From: an uncultured archaeon
Lineage (GTDB): Archaea; Thermoplasmatota; Penumbrarchaeia; JASLWR01
NCBI GenBank assembly: GCA_964342815.1
Contig: CAYFHS010000004.1
Location: 104,333 to 168,332, forward strand
Length of the DNA stretch: 64,000 bases
Direction: 5' to 3'
The number at the start of each line of letters is the position of its first letter. The first letter of the stretch is position 1. This document shows positions 27,046 through 36,600 of the stretch, piece after piece. The position numbers and the translations under genes are program-made. A model generated the notes under the pieces. That model made no database searches. It saw nothing but the letters and a program-made list of their open reading frames with translations, and had not been told where the DNA came from.

Positions 27046-27230
27046 TCATGCAGACTGTAGAGAATCGCCCGAAGATTTCCCACAGAATCAAAGATGCTTG
27101 AGGAAACAAGTTTTTCCATCATCCTCGGCGGGTATACCAACAGGTCATGCTTGAGGATATGGCACAGTGGGAGTTTTCCAGATAATCATTTATATACATA
27201 ATGGATTATAGATAGGATAAGGTGATACTT

Positions 27231-27455
27231 ATGTTGATAAAATTTGAAATCTACAATGATGGAGAGTACTGGTGTGCTAGGGGTATCGGTGAGGATATTT
27301 TTACTCAGGGTGAAAACCTTGATGAGCTGATGAAGAATATCGAGGAAGCTGTGGCACTCCATTTCGAAGACGAAATTGCCACCGGTGAATCAATAAAGGT
27401 ATTATCTATCTCCGAAACCGAGGTGGGTGAGGTTGTCAAAGCTACCAGTGGTTAG
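27231..27455 (+). CDS. hicB: HicB-like (DUF1902-type) antitoxin
   Basis: IKFEIYNDGEYWCARGIGEDIFTQGENLDELMKNIEEAV; GGTGA RBS. Confidence 0.8.
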   Translation: MLIKFEIYNDGEYWCARGIGEDIFTQGENLDELMKNIEEAVALHFEDEIATGESIKVLSISETEVGEVVKATSG

Positions 27456-27678
27456 TGGGAAAAAGCTAATAAAAATGTTGACCCGACTGGACTATGAGAT
27501 TATGAGGCAAAGAGGTAGCCATGTGAGATTACGAAAGGTTACAACCGTGGGTGAACATAAGATCACAGTGCCGGATCATAAAGAAATTGCTAAGGGTACC
27601 TTAAATGATATATTATCAAAGGTGAGTCTATGGAATGGAATTTCCAAAGATGAAATAATCAGACTTTTAAAAAGATAG
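27427..27678 (+). CDS. hicA: HicA-family toxin
   Basis: KLPVVSGKKLIKML...RQRGSHVRL...ITVPDHKEIAKGTLNDIL. Confidence 0.9.
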   Translation: MRLSKLPVVSGKKLIKMLTRLDYEIMRQRGSHVRLRKVTTVGEHKITVPDHKEIAKGTLNDILSKVSLWNGISKDEIIRLLKR

Positions 27679-27721
27679 AACAATAAAATACCACATTTTT
27701 AAATCATCTTTTCCTGCCCCC

Positions 27722-27787
27722 ATTCCCCCCTGCGTCATCGCTGAACGTCTCCGATCGAGTGGCCTCGGTTCCGAAGACAGGGGGAAC
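27722..27787. mobile_element. Family B element, short copy (66 bp)
   Basis: ATTCCCCCCTGCGTCATCGCTGAACGTCTCCGATC...GACAGGGGGAAC. Confidence 0.7.
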
Positions 27788-27839
27788 GACTGGGGAGTGT
27801 AGTCGCACCAGGACCTGGGTGTGGCGGGTCCGGTTCGGT

Positions 27840-27946
27840 GCCCACTAACGTTCCGTTGCATTGAAATGCAACTGCACCCTCGGAATCCTCATGGATTCCT
27901 ACGGACGTAACCAAACGAAGAGTTGCCGTGGGCCAGATATGGAACG
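27840..27946 (-). repeat. Structured segment carrying a third copy of the CCG-KAG/CGAGGGTG double-hairpin module
   Basis: Minus strand 27907-27854 reads CGTCC-G-TAG-GAATCC-ATGA-GGATTC-CGAGGGTG-CA-GTTGCATT-TC-AATGCAAC-G. Flanking complementary pairs CGTTCC/GGAACG and GCCCAC/GTGGGC are also present. Confidence 0.65.
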
Positions 27947-28030
27947 AAAATCAATGGTATAACAGGGAGATTTCGAGTCCATATTCAGAGTACCAGACGT
28001 TAAGGATGCTTCTAATAATTCTTATTCAAC

Positions 28031-28771
28031 CTATTTCCTACCGTACATATTGGGTATCCTAAGAATCTCCCTGCTGCTCTCATCCGATACATTGATCTCG
28101 TTGATGACAATTTCTTCCCTGCCCAAATCCATCAAGTTGAACGATGGGTGGGTGCGCCCTTTGAACCTGCGCGAGGTGGCGGTGCCGGCAGTAATAATAA
28201 AAGTGTCTTCAAGCTTCCATACCCATGGTAGGTGCTTGTGACCGGAAAGGACGAAATTCACTTTTATATCGGTACACAATTTCAACAACTCACCAGCGTC
28301 AACGGCGATGTTTCTCTCTCTACCGGTGCCCGGAACGGAGATCAGATGATGGTGCAGACAGAGTATTTTTATTTTCTCTTTCGCGAGCATTTTTTCCCTT
28401 ATCATATCATAATTTTCGCGCCCCACGTGACCCTCGGTGAGGTCGGGCTCCGTGGAATCCAGACCCAGAATGACCACTTCATCGTTCTCAAAATATGGAA
28501 ACCTCGTTCCGAACAGTTCCTCGAAAATAAGGTATCCCATGTTCTTGGAGTCATGGTTCCCCGGAACGATAATTTTTTTTACGTCTCCGAATCTATCCAC
28601 GAACGCCTTTGCCTTGTCATATTCATACGAATGCCCCTTGTCGGTGAAATCTCCGGTTATCAGCAGGACTTCCGGTGATATCGAGGATATTATTTTCAAG
28701 AGATTTTCACCCCATTCGGGAATGAAGTTGCTTCCTGTCATGTGCAGGTCCGATATGTGAGCTATTTTCAT
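28031..28771 (-). CDS. Metallophosphoesterase (calcineurin-like)
   Basis: ISDLH, ITGDFT, PGNHD, LHHH, SGHKH. Confidence 0.92.
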   Translation of the reverse strand: MKIAHISDLHMTGSNFIPEWGENLLKIISSISPEVLLITGDFTDKGHSYEYDKAKAFVDRFGDVKKIIVPGNHDSKNMGYLIFEELFGTRFPYFENDEVVILGLDSTEPDLTEGHVGRENYDMIREKMLAKEKIKILCLHHHLISVPGTGRERNIAVDAGELLKLCTDIKVNFVLSGHKHLPWVWKLEDTFIITAGTATSRRFKGRTHPSFNLMDLGREEIVINEINVSDESSREILRIPNMYGRK

Positions 28772-28790
28772 GATTCTGTCACCTGTTCCA

Positions 28791-29108
28791 TCATGCTACG
28801 GCTTCAACATGAAAACGTTTCATGTCATCAACTTTGATCAATACCTTTTCTCCTTTCTGGAATTTCAGAGCATTTGCCAATTCGGCAGGTATCCTCAATA
28901 TAAGATTGCTACGAATCTGCCCCAATTTCACTTCGTATTCCTTGTGTAGCACTTTGTTCACTAACAGAAAACGATGTGCCTGTTCGGGATCAAAATATTC
29001 TTCGCCGCAGGAACATTTCCATCCATCAATGTCGTATCCTTGAAATCGCAATTGAGCTTTTTGTGCGATCTTACCACAAGATACACACGTCATTCCTTCT
29101 TTTTTCAT
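28791..29108 (-). CDS. YgiT/MqsA-type zinc ribbon fused to an AbrB/MazE-like domain, probable antitoxin
   Basis: CVSCG...WKCSCGEEYFD; LILRIPAELANALKFQKGEKV. Confidence 0.75.
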   Translation of the reverse strand: MKKEGMTCVSCGKIAQKAQLRFQGYDIDGWKCSCGEEYFDPEQAHRFLLVNKVLHKEYEVKLGQIRSNLILRIPAELANALKFQKGEKVLIKVDDMKRFHVEAVA

Positions 29109-29395
29109 GTTTTCACCTTAAGTAATGATGTTTTTCCCAAATGAGTTATTACCCATACATCTGATTCAAGTGAAATGCTATGGGACTTGGCGACTACTAC
29201 CCTTAATGTCTTCCCCTTCCGGTCCAAGCATTTTTCTCTGATTTCTTTGGATCTTTTTCCTTTCTGACAGTCATATCCATTTTCCAGTATGAACTTTAAT
29301 TCGTATCCATCCATCCCTTCCTTGTACATCCCTGTTATTGCCGCTCGCGTAGGAACCAAAGATAATCCTTCATAGAGAGGATAAATTGTTATCAT
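29105..29395 (-). CDS. Small DUF4258/BrnT-like protein, probable toxin
   Basis: ELKFILENGY...EKCLDRKGKTLRVVV...WVITH. Four-base overlap with the downstream antitoxin-like gene. Confidence 0.6.
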   Translation of the reverse strand: MITIYPLYEGLSLVPTRAAITGMYKEGMDGYELKFILENGYDCQKGKRSKEIREKCLDRKGKTLRVVVAKSHSISLESDVWVITHLGKTSLLKVKT

Positions 29396-29578
29396 TCAAC
29401 TGAGTATGTTATAGGCATACGTTATATAAATATGTTTTTAACATATGTTAACTTGTTTAATTATTCAGGTCATGGATAATGCAATTTTCTTTGTTTTATA
29501 TGGAGACGCTGATATTTCGTAAAAAATAAATCTATATAAATCAACCACAAACGGAAAAATCCGGACCAAAGTTTAATA

Positions 29579-30397
29579 ATGCTCACTGCGGATTTCCAGC
29601 TCATAATGTTCCTGCTGCACTCCTACGACCTGACGAAGCGTTTCGCACTTACAACACTGAAACTGAGATACAGAAATTCGGTTCTCGGATTTTTCTGGTC
29701 GGTTCTCAGTCCTCTTTTTATAATGATCGTTCTCTCCGTTGTTTTCATTCATTTCTTTCCGGACCGCTTCGACGTCAAGGTCCCCTACCCGGTCTTTCTC
29801 ATCGTGGGCCTTCTCATGTGGCGTTTTTTCACATACGGAACCACTTCAGGACTTCATTCTATTACCAACAGCGCCCATATAATAAGAAAAGTATATTTTC
29901 CCCGAGAGATACTCCCACTTTCCGCCGTCATCACCGCTCTCGTAACCGCAATTCTCGAATTCGCCGTTTTTTTTGTACTGATAATATGTTCCTCGTTCTT
30001 TTTTGAGCTGGGCGAGTTCTCCTTCGGTCCCGCAGCAATAATTTTCATCTATTTTCTGTTCGTGGAATTTATCCTTGTCCTGGGCCTCTCCCTCATACTA
30101 TCCTCCGTGTACGTGCTGTTCAGAGACATTTCGCACATCTGGGAAGTAGTGGTATTCGCCGGATTCTTCGCCACGCCCATATTCTATCCCATGAGCATTA
30201 TTCCGTACCAGTACGAAAGGTTCCTACACCTCAATCCCCTATCCGACATTATCACTGGGGCTCGTGAAGTCCTGGTCTACGGAAACGTCCCCGGTATCAA
30301 GGTTTTCATCTACCCGCTGGCGGGATCTCTTTTCATTCTTCTTGTGGGAATTAGCGCATTCAGGTTTCTCGAAAAACGCATAGCGAAGGAGGTGTAA
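29579..30397 (+). CDS. ABC-2 polysaccharide exporter permease (Wzm-like)
   Basis: LKLRYRNSVLGFFWSVLSP, FRDISHIW, ATPIFYP, LNPL. Confidence 0.92.
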   Translation: MLTADFQLIMFLLHSYDLTKRFALTTLKLRYRNSVLGFFWSVLSPLFIMIVLSVVFIHFFPDRFDVKVPYPVFLIVGLLMWRFFTYGTTSGLHSITNSAHIIRKVYFPREILPLSAVITALVTAILEFAVFFVLIICSSFFFELGEFSFGPAAIIFIYFLFVEFILVLGLSLILSSVYVLFRDISHIWEVVVFAGFFATPIFYPMSIIPYQYERFLHLNPLSDIITGAREVLVYGNVPGIKVFIYPLAGSLFILLVGISAFRFLEKRIAKEV

Positions 30398-31684
30398 TTG
30401 ATGGCGGCAGTGGAAAAAAAACATACCCGATCTGAATCAGATTGCAGACCTGCCATTGCCGTCAGCGACCTGAATATCTCCTTTCGAGTTCCCTCTGAAA
30501 AAAAGAGAAACCGGCTTTCTTTTCTTAAGGACAATCTGCTGCCTGTTTCCTTCAAGACCAGTGAACTTAGAGCTCTCCGGGACGTTTCTCTTGAAGTGGA
30601 TCAAGGTGAATGTGTTGGTATAATCGGTGAGAACGGCTCGGGAAAGAGTACCCTTCTCAAAGCGATCGCCGGAATTTTGATACCTGATTCCGGGACCGTC
30701 GTCACAACAGGGAAGATATCGCCGTTCCTAGAGCTGGGAGTGGGGTTTCAGGGTGAGCTTTCGGCCAGGGAAAACATTTTCATTTTCGGCGCCATAATGG
30801 GTATTCCTAAGAAAAGAATGGCCTTTCTGCTGCCCGAAATAATCTCATTTGCCGGGCTCGAACGATTCGCCGACGTAAAGATAAAGAACTTTTCATCAGG
30901 CATGTACGCACGCCTGTCCTTTTCCTGCGCGGTGAGCGTGGAGCCCGATATCCTGCTCATCGACGAGGTGTTCGCAGTGGGAGATGAGGCATTCCGCCAC
31001 AAGTGCATAAATAAACTTTTAAAGTTCAAAGCAGAGGGAAAGACCATCGTGGTGGTGTCACACCGCCTGGGTGATATAAAGGTGCTGTGCGACCGTCTAA
31101 TACTTCTGACCGGCGGTAACGTAGCGGCTTCAGGCGATCCGGATGATGTGATATCATATTATCTCGATTCCTTCGTCTCTGAGGATAAGCAGATTCGCGG
31201 GGATACGGAAAGGGAAAGTGCGAAACCAGGGAAATCTCTGTTTCCGAAAAAGGGTAGGAGGGGTGTAAGGACGAAAGGTGAAATGATAAAACGAGTTACG
31301 ATAGGCAATTCGAACCTGAAAACTGGAGATAACCTAGTCATGGATATCGAATTCGAAGCCGATGTGGATATAGAGGAACCGTACCTAATGATCCAGGTGT
31401 TCAGGGAAGACGGTCCGCTTGTTTTTGCCACCAATACCGTAAGGGATTCTTTTACAATTCCGGATGTAGAACGACAAAATAAAATAAGAATATCTTTTCC
31501 AAAAATATCCCTTTTGACTGGTGATTATTATATGAATGTTGAACTGTGGGGCGGCCGATTGGTGGAATGTCTCGAAAAGAATGAAAGATGTGCAAGCTTT
31601 TCAGTGATAAGCAAAAGCAAAGATGGGACCGGGATCTTAATGATGGAGCACCGATGGGAACTGATCCCCCGTGACGAATTTTAG
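30398..31684 (+). CDS. ABC polysaccharide exporter ATPase with a Wzt C-terminal domain
   Basis: GENGSGKST, FSSGMYARL, LLIDEVFAVGD, C-terminal Ig-like carbohydrate-binding extension. Confidence 0.92.
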   Translation: MMAAVEKKHTRSESDCRPAIAVSDLNISFRVPSEKKRNRLSFLKDNLLPVSFKTSELRALRDVSLEVDQGECVGIIGENGSGKSTLLKAIAGILIPDSGTVVTTGKISPFLELGVGFQGELSARENIFIFGAIMGIPKKRMAFLLPEIISFAGLERFADVKIKNFSSGMYARLSFSCAVSVEPDILLIDEVFAVGDEAFRHKCINKLLKFKAEGKTIVVVSHRLGDIKVLCDRLILLTGGNVAASGDPDDVISYYLDSFVSEDKQIRGDTERESAKPGKSLFPKKGRRGVRTKGEMIKRVTIGNSNLKTGDNLVMDIEFEADVDIEEPYLMIQVFREDGPLVFATNTVRDSFTIPDVERQNKIRISFPKISLLTGDYYMNVELWGGRLVECLEKNERCASFSVISKSKDGTGILMMEHRWELIPRDEF

Positions 31685-31689
31685 ATGGA

Positions 31690-32445
31690 CTATTCACCCA
31701 AGGTACACGATATCGCTCTAACGACATTCAGAAGCTTTCCGTCGTATTTTCTTTTACCGAAACCGTATCCTATCTCCATGGGTGTTATTCTCAGACCGGA
31801 AAAATTCGTAATAAACTCCGGGGAAAGAGATTTAAGCAGTGACACGCCGGTGGGAGTTGCCAGTTCTCCTCTCAGCGGTCCGAACTTGAAAGGCATATCT
31901 TTCAGTATCTCCATTGTGGCAGGTGCGGGTACCGGAACAACTCCATGGCTGATCTCTATGCTTCCCATACCTACCGAAACCGGAGTCGAAAAGAACCTGA
32001 AATCGTTATCCAGGGCGCCAAATTTCTCCAGTAGAAATGCACTTCCGATTATCTCAACGAGAGTATCCGGAGCACCTGTCTCGTGAAGGTGTAGTTCCTC
32101 AGGTGTGGAAGTGTGTATCTTCGACTCGGCGCGCAGTATGTGGTCCAGCACTTCGACAGCGTACTTTCTACCTCTTCGACCAAGATCGACGGTGGAGCAC
32201 CCTTCCTCCAAATACGTTTTCATGTCCCCGCCTTTAACGTGATGATCCAGCTTCCTTTTTCTCGAAACCCTTATACCGGCGGCTCTCATACCGGAAACCT
32301 TTTCCCTAAGGATTTCGACTCTGACCTTTCCCATTGCCGCAGTGCTTCTTTCCAATACCGCAACGAGTTCTTTCTCTTCCGCAAATCCCGTAGTGATGGC
32401 TAGGTCTGTTAAAGCACCCAGAAACATGTCTCCGGCCACACCCAT
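31690..32445 (-). CDS. larC: LarC (nickel insertion) N-terminal half only; true start uncertain
   Basis: GVAGDMFLGAL, HLHETGAPDTLVEI, VPVPAPAT, GELATPTG, GYGFG. No ETNIDD-type C-terminal part. Confidence 0.75.
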   Translation of the reverse strand: MGVAGDMFLGALTDLAITTGFAEEKELVAVLERSTAAMGKVRVEILREKVSGMRAAGIRVSRKRKLDHHVKGGDMKTYLEEGCSTVDLGRRGRKYAVEVLDHILRAESKIHTSTPEELHLHETGAPDTLVEIIGSAFLLEKFGALDNDFRFFSTPVSVGMGSIEISHGVVPVPAPATMEILKDMPFKFGPLRGELATPTGVSLLKSLSPEFITNFSGLRITPMEIGYGFGKRKYDGKLLNVVRAISCTLGE

Positions 32446-32509
32446 CTGGACATCGAAAACCAGGTTGAAAAAAGTATTTAGTGAGATGGGACTGCCTCCT
32501 AATTGATAA

Positions 32510-33496
32510 TCATCCCGGGATAATGAAAGCTACGGCAAAGGCGATCTGCAGCGCCATGAGCATGAGATACATGTGGACCCATACCGGTGAGTTCTCGAAA
32601 TGTTTATCCCGTTTCCGTCCTTCCTTTCGGAGCAGGTGAACGATGTATCCTCCCCAGATTATCAGCAAAATTATTCCTTTGGCGGGCTCTGGAAAGAGCA
32701 CTCTTCCCTCGATCTCCCATGTTGCCACCGGGACCAGTAAGAATGGAATGACGAAGAAGGGTGATATGATTGCTATGGACCTCTTTATCCCGTATACCGC
32801 AGGAAGCGTCTTTATCCCGTATTTCTTATCTCCCATTAGATCAGTATAGTCCTTGGTGGTAGCGGCTCCTACCAGAAAGATACCTATTATGGTCCCAACG
32901 AGCCACGGGGTAGGCTCGAAAATGCTCCCAAAGATGCACCACGGGGCGACTATTCCAAGCAGGCCTCTTGCCAATCCAATGGAAATATTTGATATCCACA
33001 GCCTTTTTTTCAACCTCCCCGGTGGAACGGAATATACAATTGTAAAGATCGCAAGAACGAAGACAAGTCCCGCGAAAACGCCGTTAATCATCAACGACCT
33101 GAATAGAACAACACCGTAGAGAATCCAAGCTATGGCCTTTGCCTCGTTCACGGATACCTTGCCGGAGGGGATGGGTCTGCTGGGTTTATTCACCCTGTCA
33201 ATATCTATGTCGTATACCTGATTCAGAACGTTGCTTGCGGCGTTAAGTATCACCAGCGTTACAGCTCCGTAAATCAGTTGAAGATGATAAACTTCCCATT
33301 TTAGAAAGGGGTACGCACCCGAGAATTCGGGTGCTTTCAAAAGTCCCAGGTGTCCCAGAGCCATCAATCCCGCGCATAATCCGCCGATCAGCGGTGCAAG
33401 AAGCGTGAACGGCCGCATGAGAATTATGTAGGCTCTAATCTTTACCGGGAGAAACTGTCTTTTTGACACTCTTTTTTTTTCACTATTCGTAGTCAT
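32510..33496 (-). CDS. UbiA-family prenyltransferase (DGGGP synthase-like)
   Basis: LMRPFT, NQVYDIDIDRVNKPSRPIPSG, YSVPP.RLK, KDYTDLMGDKKYG. Confidence 0.9.
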   Translation of the reverse strand: MTTNSEKKRVSKRQFLPVKIRAYIILMRPFTLLAPLIGGLCAGLMALGHLGLLKAPEFSGAYPFLKWEVYHLQLIYGAVTLVILNAASNVLNQVYDIDIDRVNKPSRPIPSGKVSVNEAKAIAWILYGVVLFRSLMINGVFAGLVFVLAIFTIVYSVPPGRLKKRLWISNISIGLARGLLGIVAPWCIFGSIFEPTPWLVGTIIGIFLVGAATTKDYTDLMGDKKYGIKTLPAVYGIKRSIAIISPFFVIPFLLVPVATWEIEGRVLFPEPAKGIILLIIWGGYIVHLLRKEGRKRDKHFENSPVWVHMYLMLMALQIAFAVAFIIPG

Positions 33497-33643
33497 AGAG
33501 AACGCTCACCAGGTCAATACTTGTGATAAGGTGTAAGCTCGAAGCAGTATAAATAAGGTATAGTAAAATTAATGGATAGATAGATATATGAACGAAATCT
33601 ATTGGATACACTGTAGGAAAAGTAAGATACGGATGCATCGGGT

Positions 33644-36600
33644 ATGACAATGCTTTGGTTCCCAAACTATGTGGCCAGTATTAAAATGAAGGCTAAACGT
33701 GGAATAATATTGATGATCATGGTGATGTTTATACTTTCGGGGTTTCCGTTGGTAAATGCCGATAATACAAGTTCCGCAATACCCCAATCCGACTATGGTA
33801 TTTATTCGGATATGAGCGAGCTGATGGCCGAGATGGATGCGAATCGGGATTCCCCTGACATCATAAACGCCTCAGAGAGACGTCTGGAAGAGGAGTTCGC
33901 AACCAATGAAATGCCCGCAATCGATCCCTCGGATGAGTTCGAGTTGAAGACACTCGCCCCTCAGGACCCTTACGAGAGAACCCCCACAATATTTGGGGAT
34001 ATGGAGGATTATGAGAATATCTACGGCAAGGATTCAATACTGGAATTTCTAATGGATAGGGGCATTTCCAATTACTATATCTATACAAGATATCAGGGTC
34101 GTTATCAATTCACCAGGGATTTCTGGAGAAATATACTCATCCTTCCCATGGACCTCAGTAACGGGGCCGAGATCGATATCGACGAGAATCCCAATACGGG
34201 AGACGTTAACGGTAATGAGATATTCGTATCGCTGAAGCCCACGGTCACAATATTAAAAATGCCCACCATTTTCCCATTCAACAGGACGCTGGTGCTGCAG
34301 ATCGGACTTCGAGTGGAATTCAAAAGGCTTGTACCCACAATTCCATACCCCCTTGCCGTACAGGTCATAAAATATGCATCGTATCAGGAAAAGAACTATA
34401 TTATCAACATGGGGGTCGATTTTAAAAAAGTACCGTCAAATCTCACAGTGATCCTCTACACCGAAAAGATGAACATCAAACTTGCTCCGGGAGAATTCCT
34501 ATTGAATTTTATTGAAAATTATCTCTCGGGCAACCCCGGGATCGTGGATGGCGATTCCAGCATACTCTCATCAATGCAAGGCCCATATCACATCAGCTAC
34601 GAGCTTCCCAAGGAGTCCGCCGAGCTCATCAGTGAAATATCCGTGGGAGTGGGTCTCACCGAGGTATTGAGGGGTGTGAGGGGAAAAGTTTCCTGGCTGA
34701 TGATGGATATCGAAAACGCCCTGGGGAACGAATTCATTCCAGTTACGGGAAATATGGTTATGGATAGTGAAACCCTGATGTCCCCTATGGACTATGGTAT
34801 GTGGGAAGGTCGTGACGTCCACGGGAATTTCACGAAATGCAACATCAAGACCAACTATTATGACGAAAGCGAAATTCTCACCTATGCTGCCAGCATGATG
34901 AACGACGTTCCCGGGAAATTCAATATCACCGTGGATTATTCCAAGACCGTGAACGGCACAAACGTCACACCAATCAAATACAGGGGGGCGGACCGCATGA
35001 GTCACATGGCTTACCGGCACACCCAATTCCTGGAAGGCTTCGTATCTCGCGAATACAGGACCATGGGTATGACCATGGAGCATATACCAAGGGACTTCAA
35101 TATGGAAATCACCAGCGATATAAATCGGGATATGCCATCGGTCCTTACCGCTAACGCTTCACTCAATATATTGTCACAGATGGTAGACGGTCTAATGGGG
35201 TATATAGTTGAAAGGTTTTCGAGGATCGGCCGTGTTATGGGAGGAATGGCCACAGGTGTCACCGACCTTCCCCAGAGGGATGGGTGGATGGAACTGGAGG
35301 TCCTCGGTGACGATCATTTCGGTGCGGTGGAATTCTATAGAAGTTCGGACGTTTACCTGGCGCCTGTGGAAGGTAAGAATTTCGATTATCTTACTATGAT
35401 TAACCGATCAGGATATTTATCGGATTCGACGAACGTATCCGGCCTTGAGCTGCAACCCATGGCCGGAAGAATATCGGGTGTGAACCGCCTTTACATGAAT
35501 TTTTCAGACGAAGCTCATCTCGGTATGCTTCTCCCGGGAAGGACTAAAGAGGATGAGTTCAAGATGATGTTCAGGGATGGAGACACTCTCTTCCACGTGG
35601 GTTTCTCAAATCTTCCAAGGGGATTGGAGATGAACGTGGGACGTGATGAGATGCTGCTTCAAATGGATCGGGGGTCTGGTCCAGTGGTCCACATAGAAGA
35701 GATGACCGCGATATACCAGGATCCGGAGCAGTATATGTGCGCCAGGGTAAGTGACGTATCCCACGAGATCCGATACAGGGAAGACGAAGGCACCCTGGAG
35801 ATATACTCCCCCGTACCGTTCGGCAAAATAGAGTTTTATCTAAGCAATGATACCGGCACACCTTTCAGAGTTATGGAGGGGAATTACGCTCATCTATTCC
35901 AGGATCGCGATCGGGTGATCCTGTCAGGACAGGTGCACTCACTGAAACACATCAGGTACAAGCCCGGAGCTCAAGGCAATTTCGTGATGGAGTACGAGAA
36001 CGAGACCTCGTTCAAGGGATATCTCTACAATAGCATGGACGGTGGAAGCGAAGCGAAGGTATTGATCGATCCACTCCCCAGCAACTTTTCCTTCGATATG
36101 CCAGGAGCAATCGGTGACCTGGAGTTCCAGCTTCCGGATATAGTAAACATCACTGGAACAATGGACCTATCCTCTCTGATATCCAGTGCCGCTCTGATGG
36201 TGAACAATATTGTATATCTCAGTTCCCGCCTGACCGTGGCTTTCCTGGAGAACATTGGCGGGATATCTCAGGAGGTCAAGTTCGATTACATACTCCAGGA
36301 GGGTGAGACCCTGGACATCCTTGGATACTTCAGGAAAGGGGATACTTCCGAACTTCGCAAGGTCCATTGGGTACATGGAATATCGCTATCCCAGAGCGTT
36401 AGCGGGGGAACGGTGGGAATGGAAGGGAAATTGTACCTCCAGGGAATGCCAAAAAAGGGCGAGATACGCTCGAACATCACCGGTGACGACGTTACTGTGA
36501 ATCTTTCCTTCGACGGTTGGAGGCCCGAACACCATTGGTTATTGATAGAGAGTTTTGGTATACAGGACAGGGACGCGGTGGTCTATTTCAACGGATTGAA

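Noticed and set aside
17341-27946. CRISPR array or tRNA interpretation of the structured repeats
   Set aside because: The repeats are dispersed, of unequal length and lack regular spacers. There is no T-loop/D-loop consensus, and no cas genes are present.
23100-29500. Canonical integron (attC array, intI)
   Set aside because: No RYYYAAC...GTTRRRY pairs with proper length and L boxes were found after the genes, and there is no tyrosine recombinase in the window.
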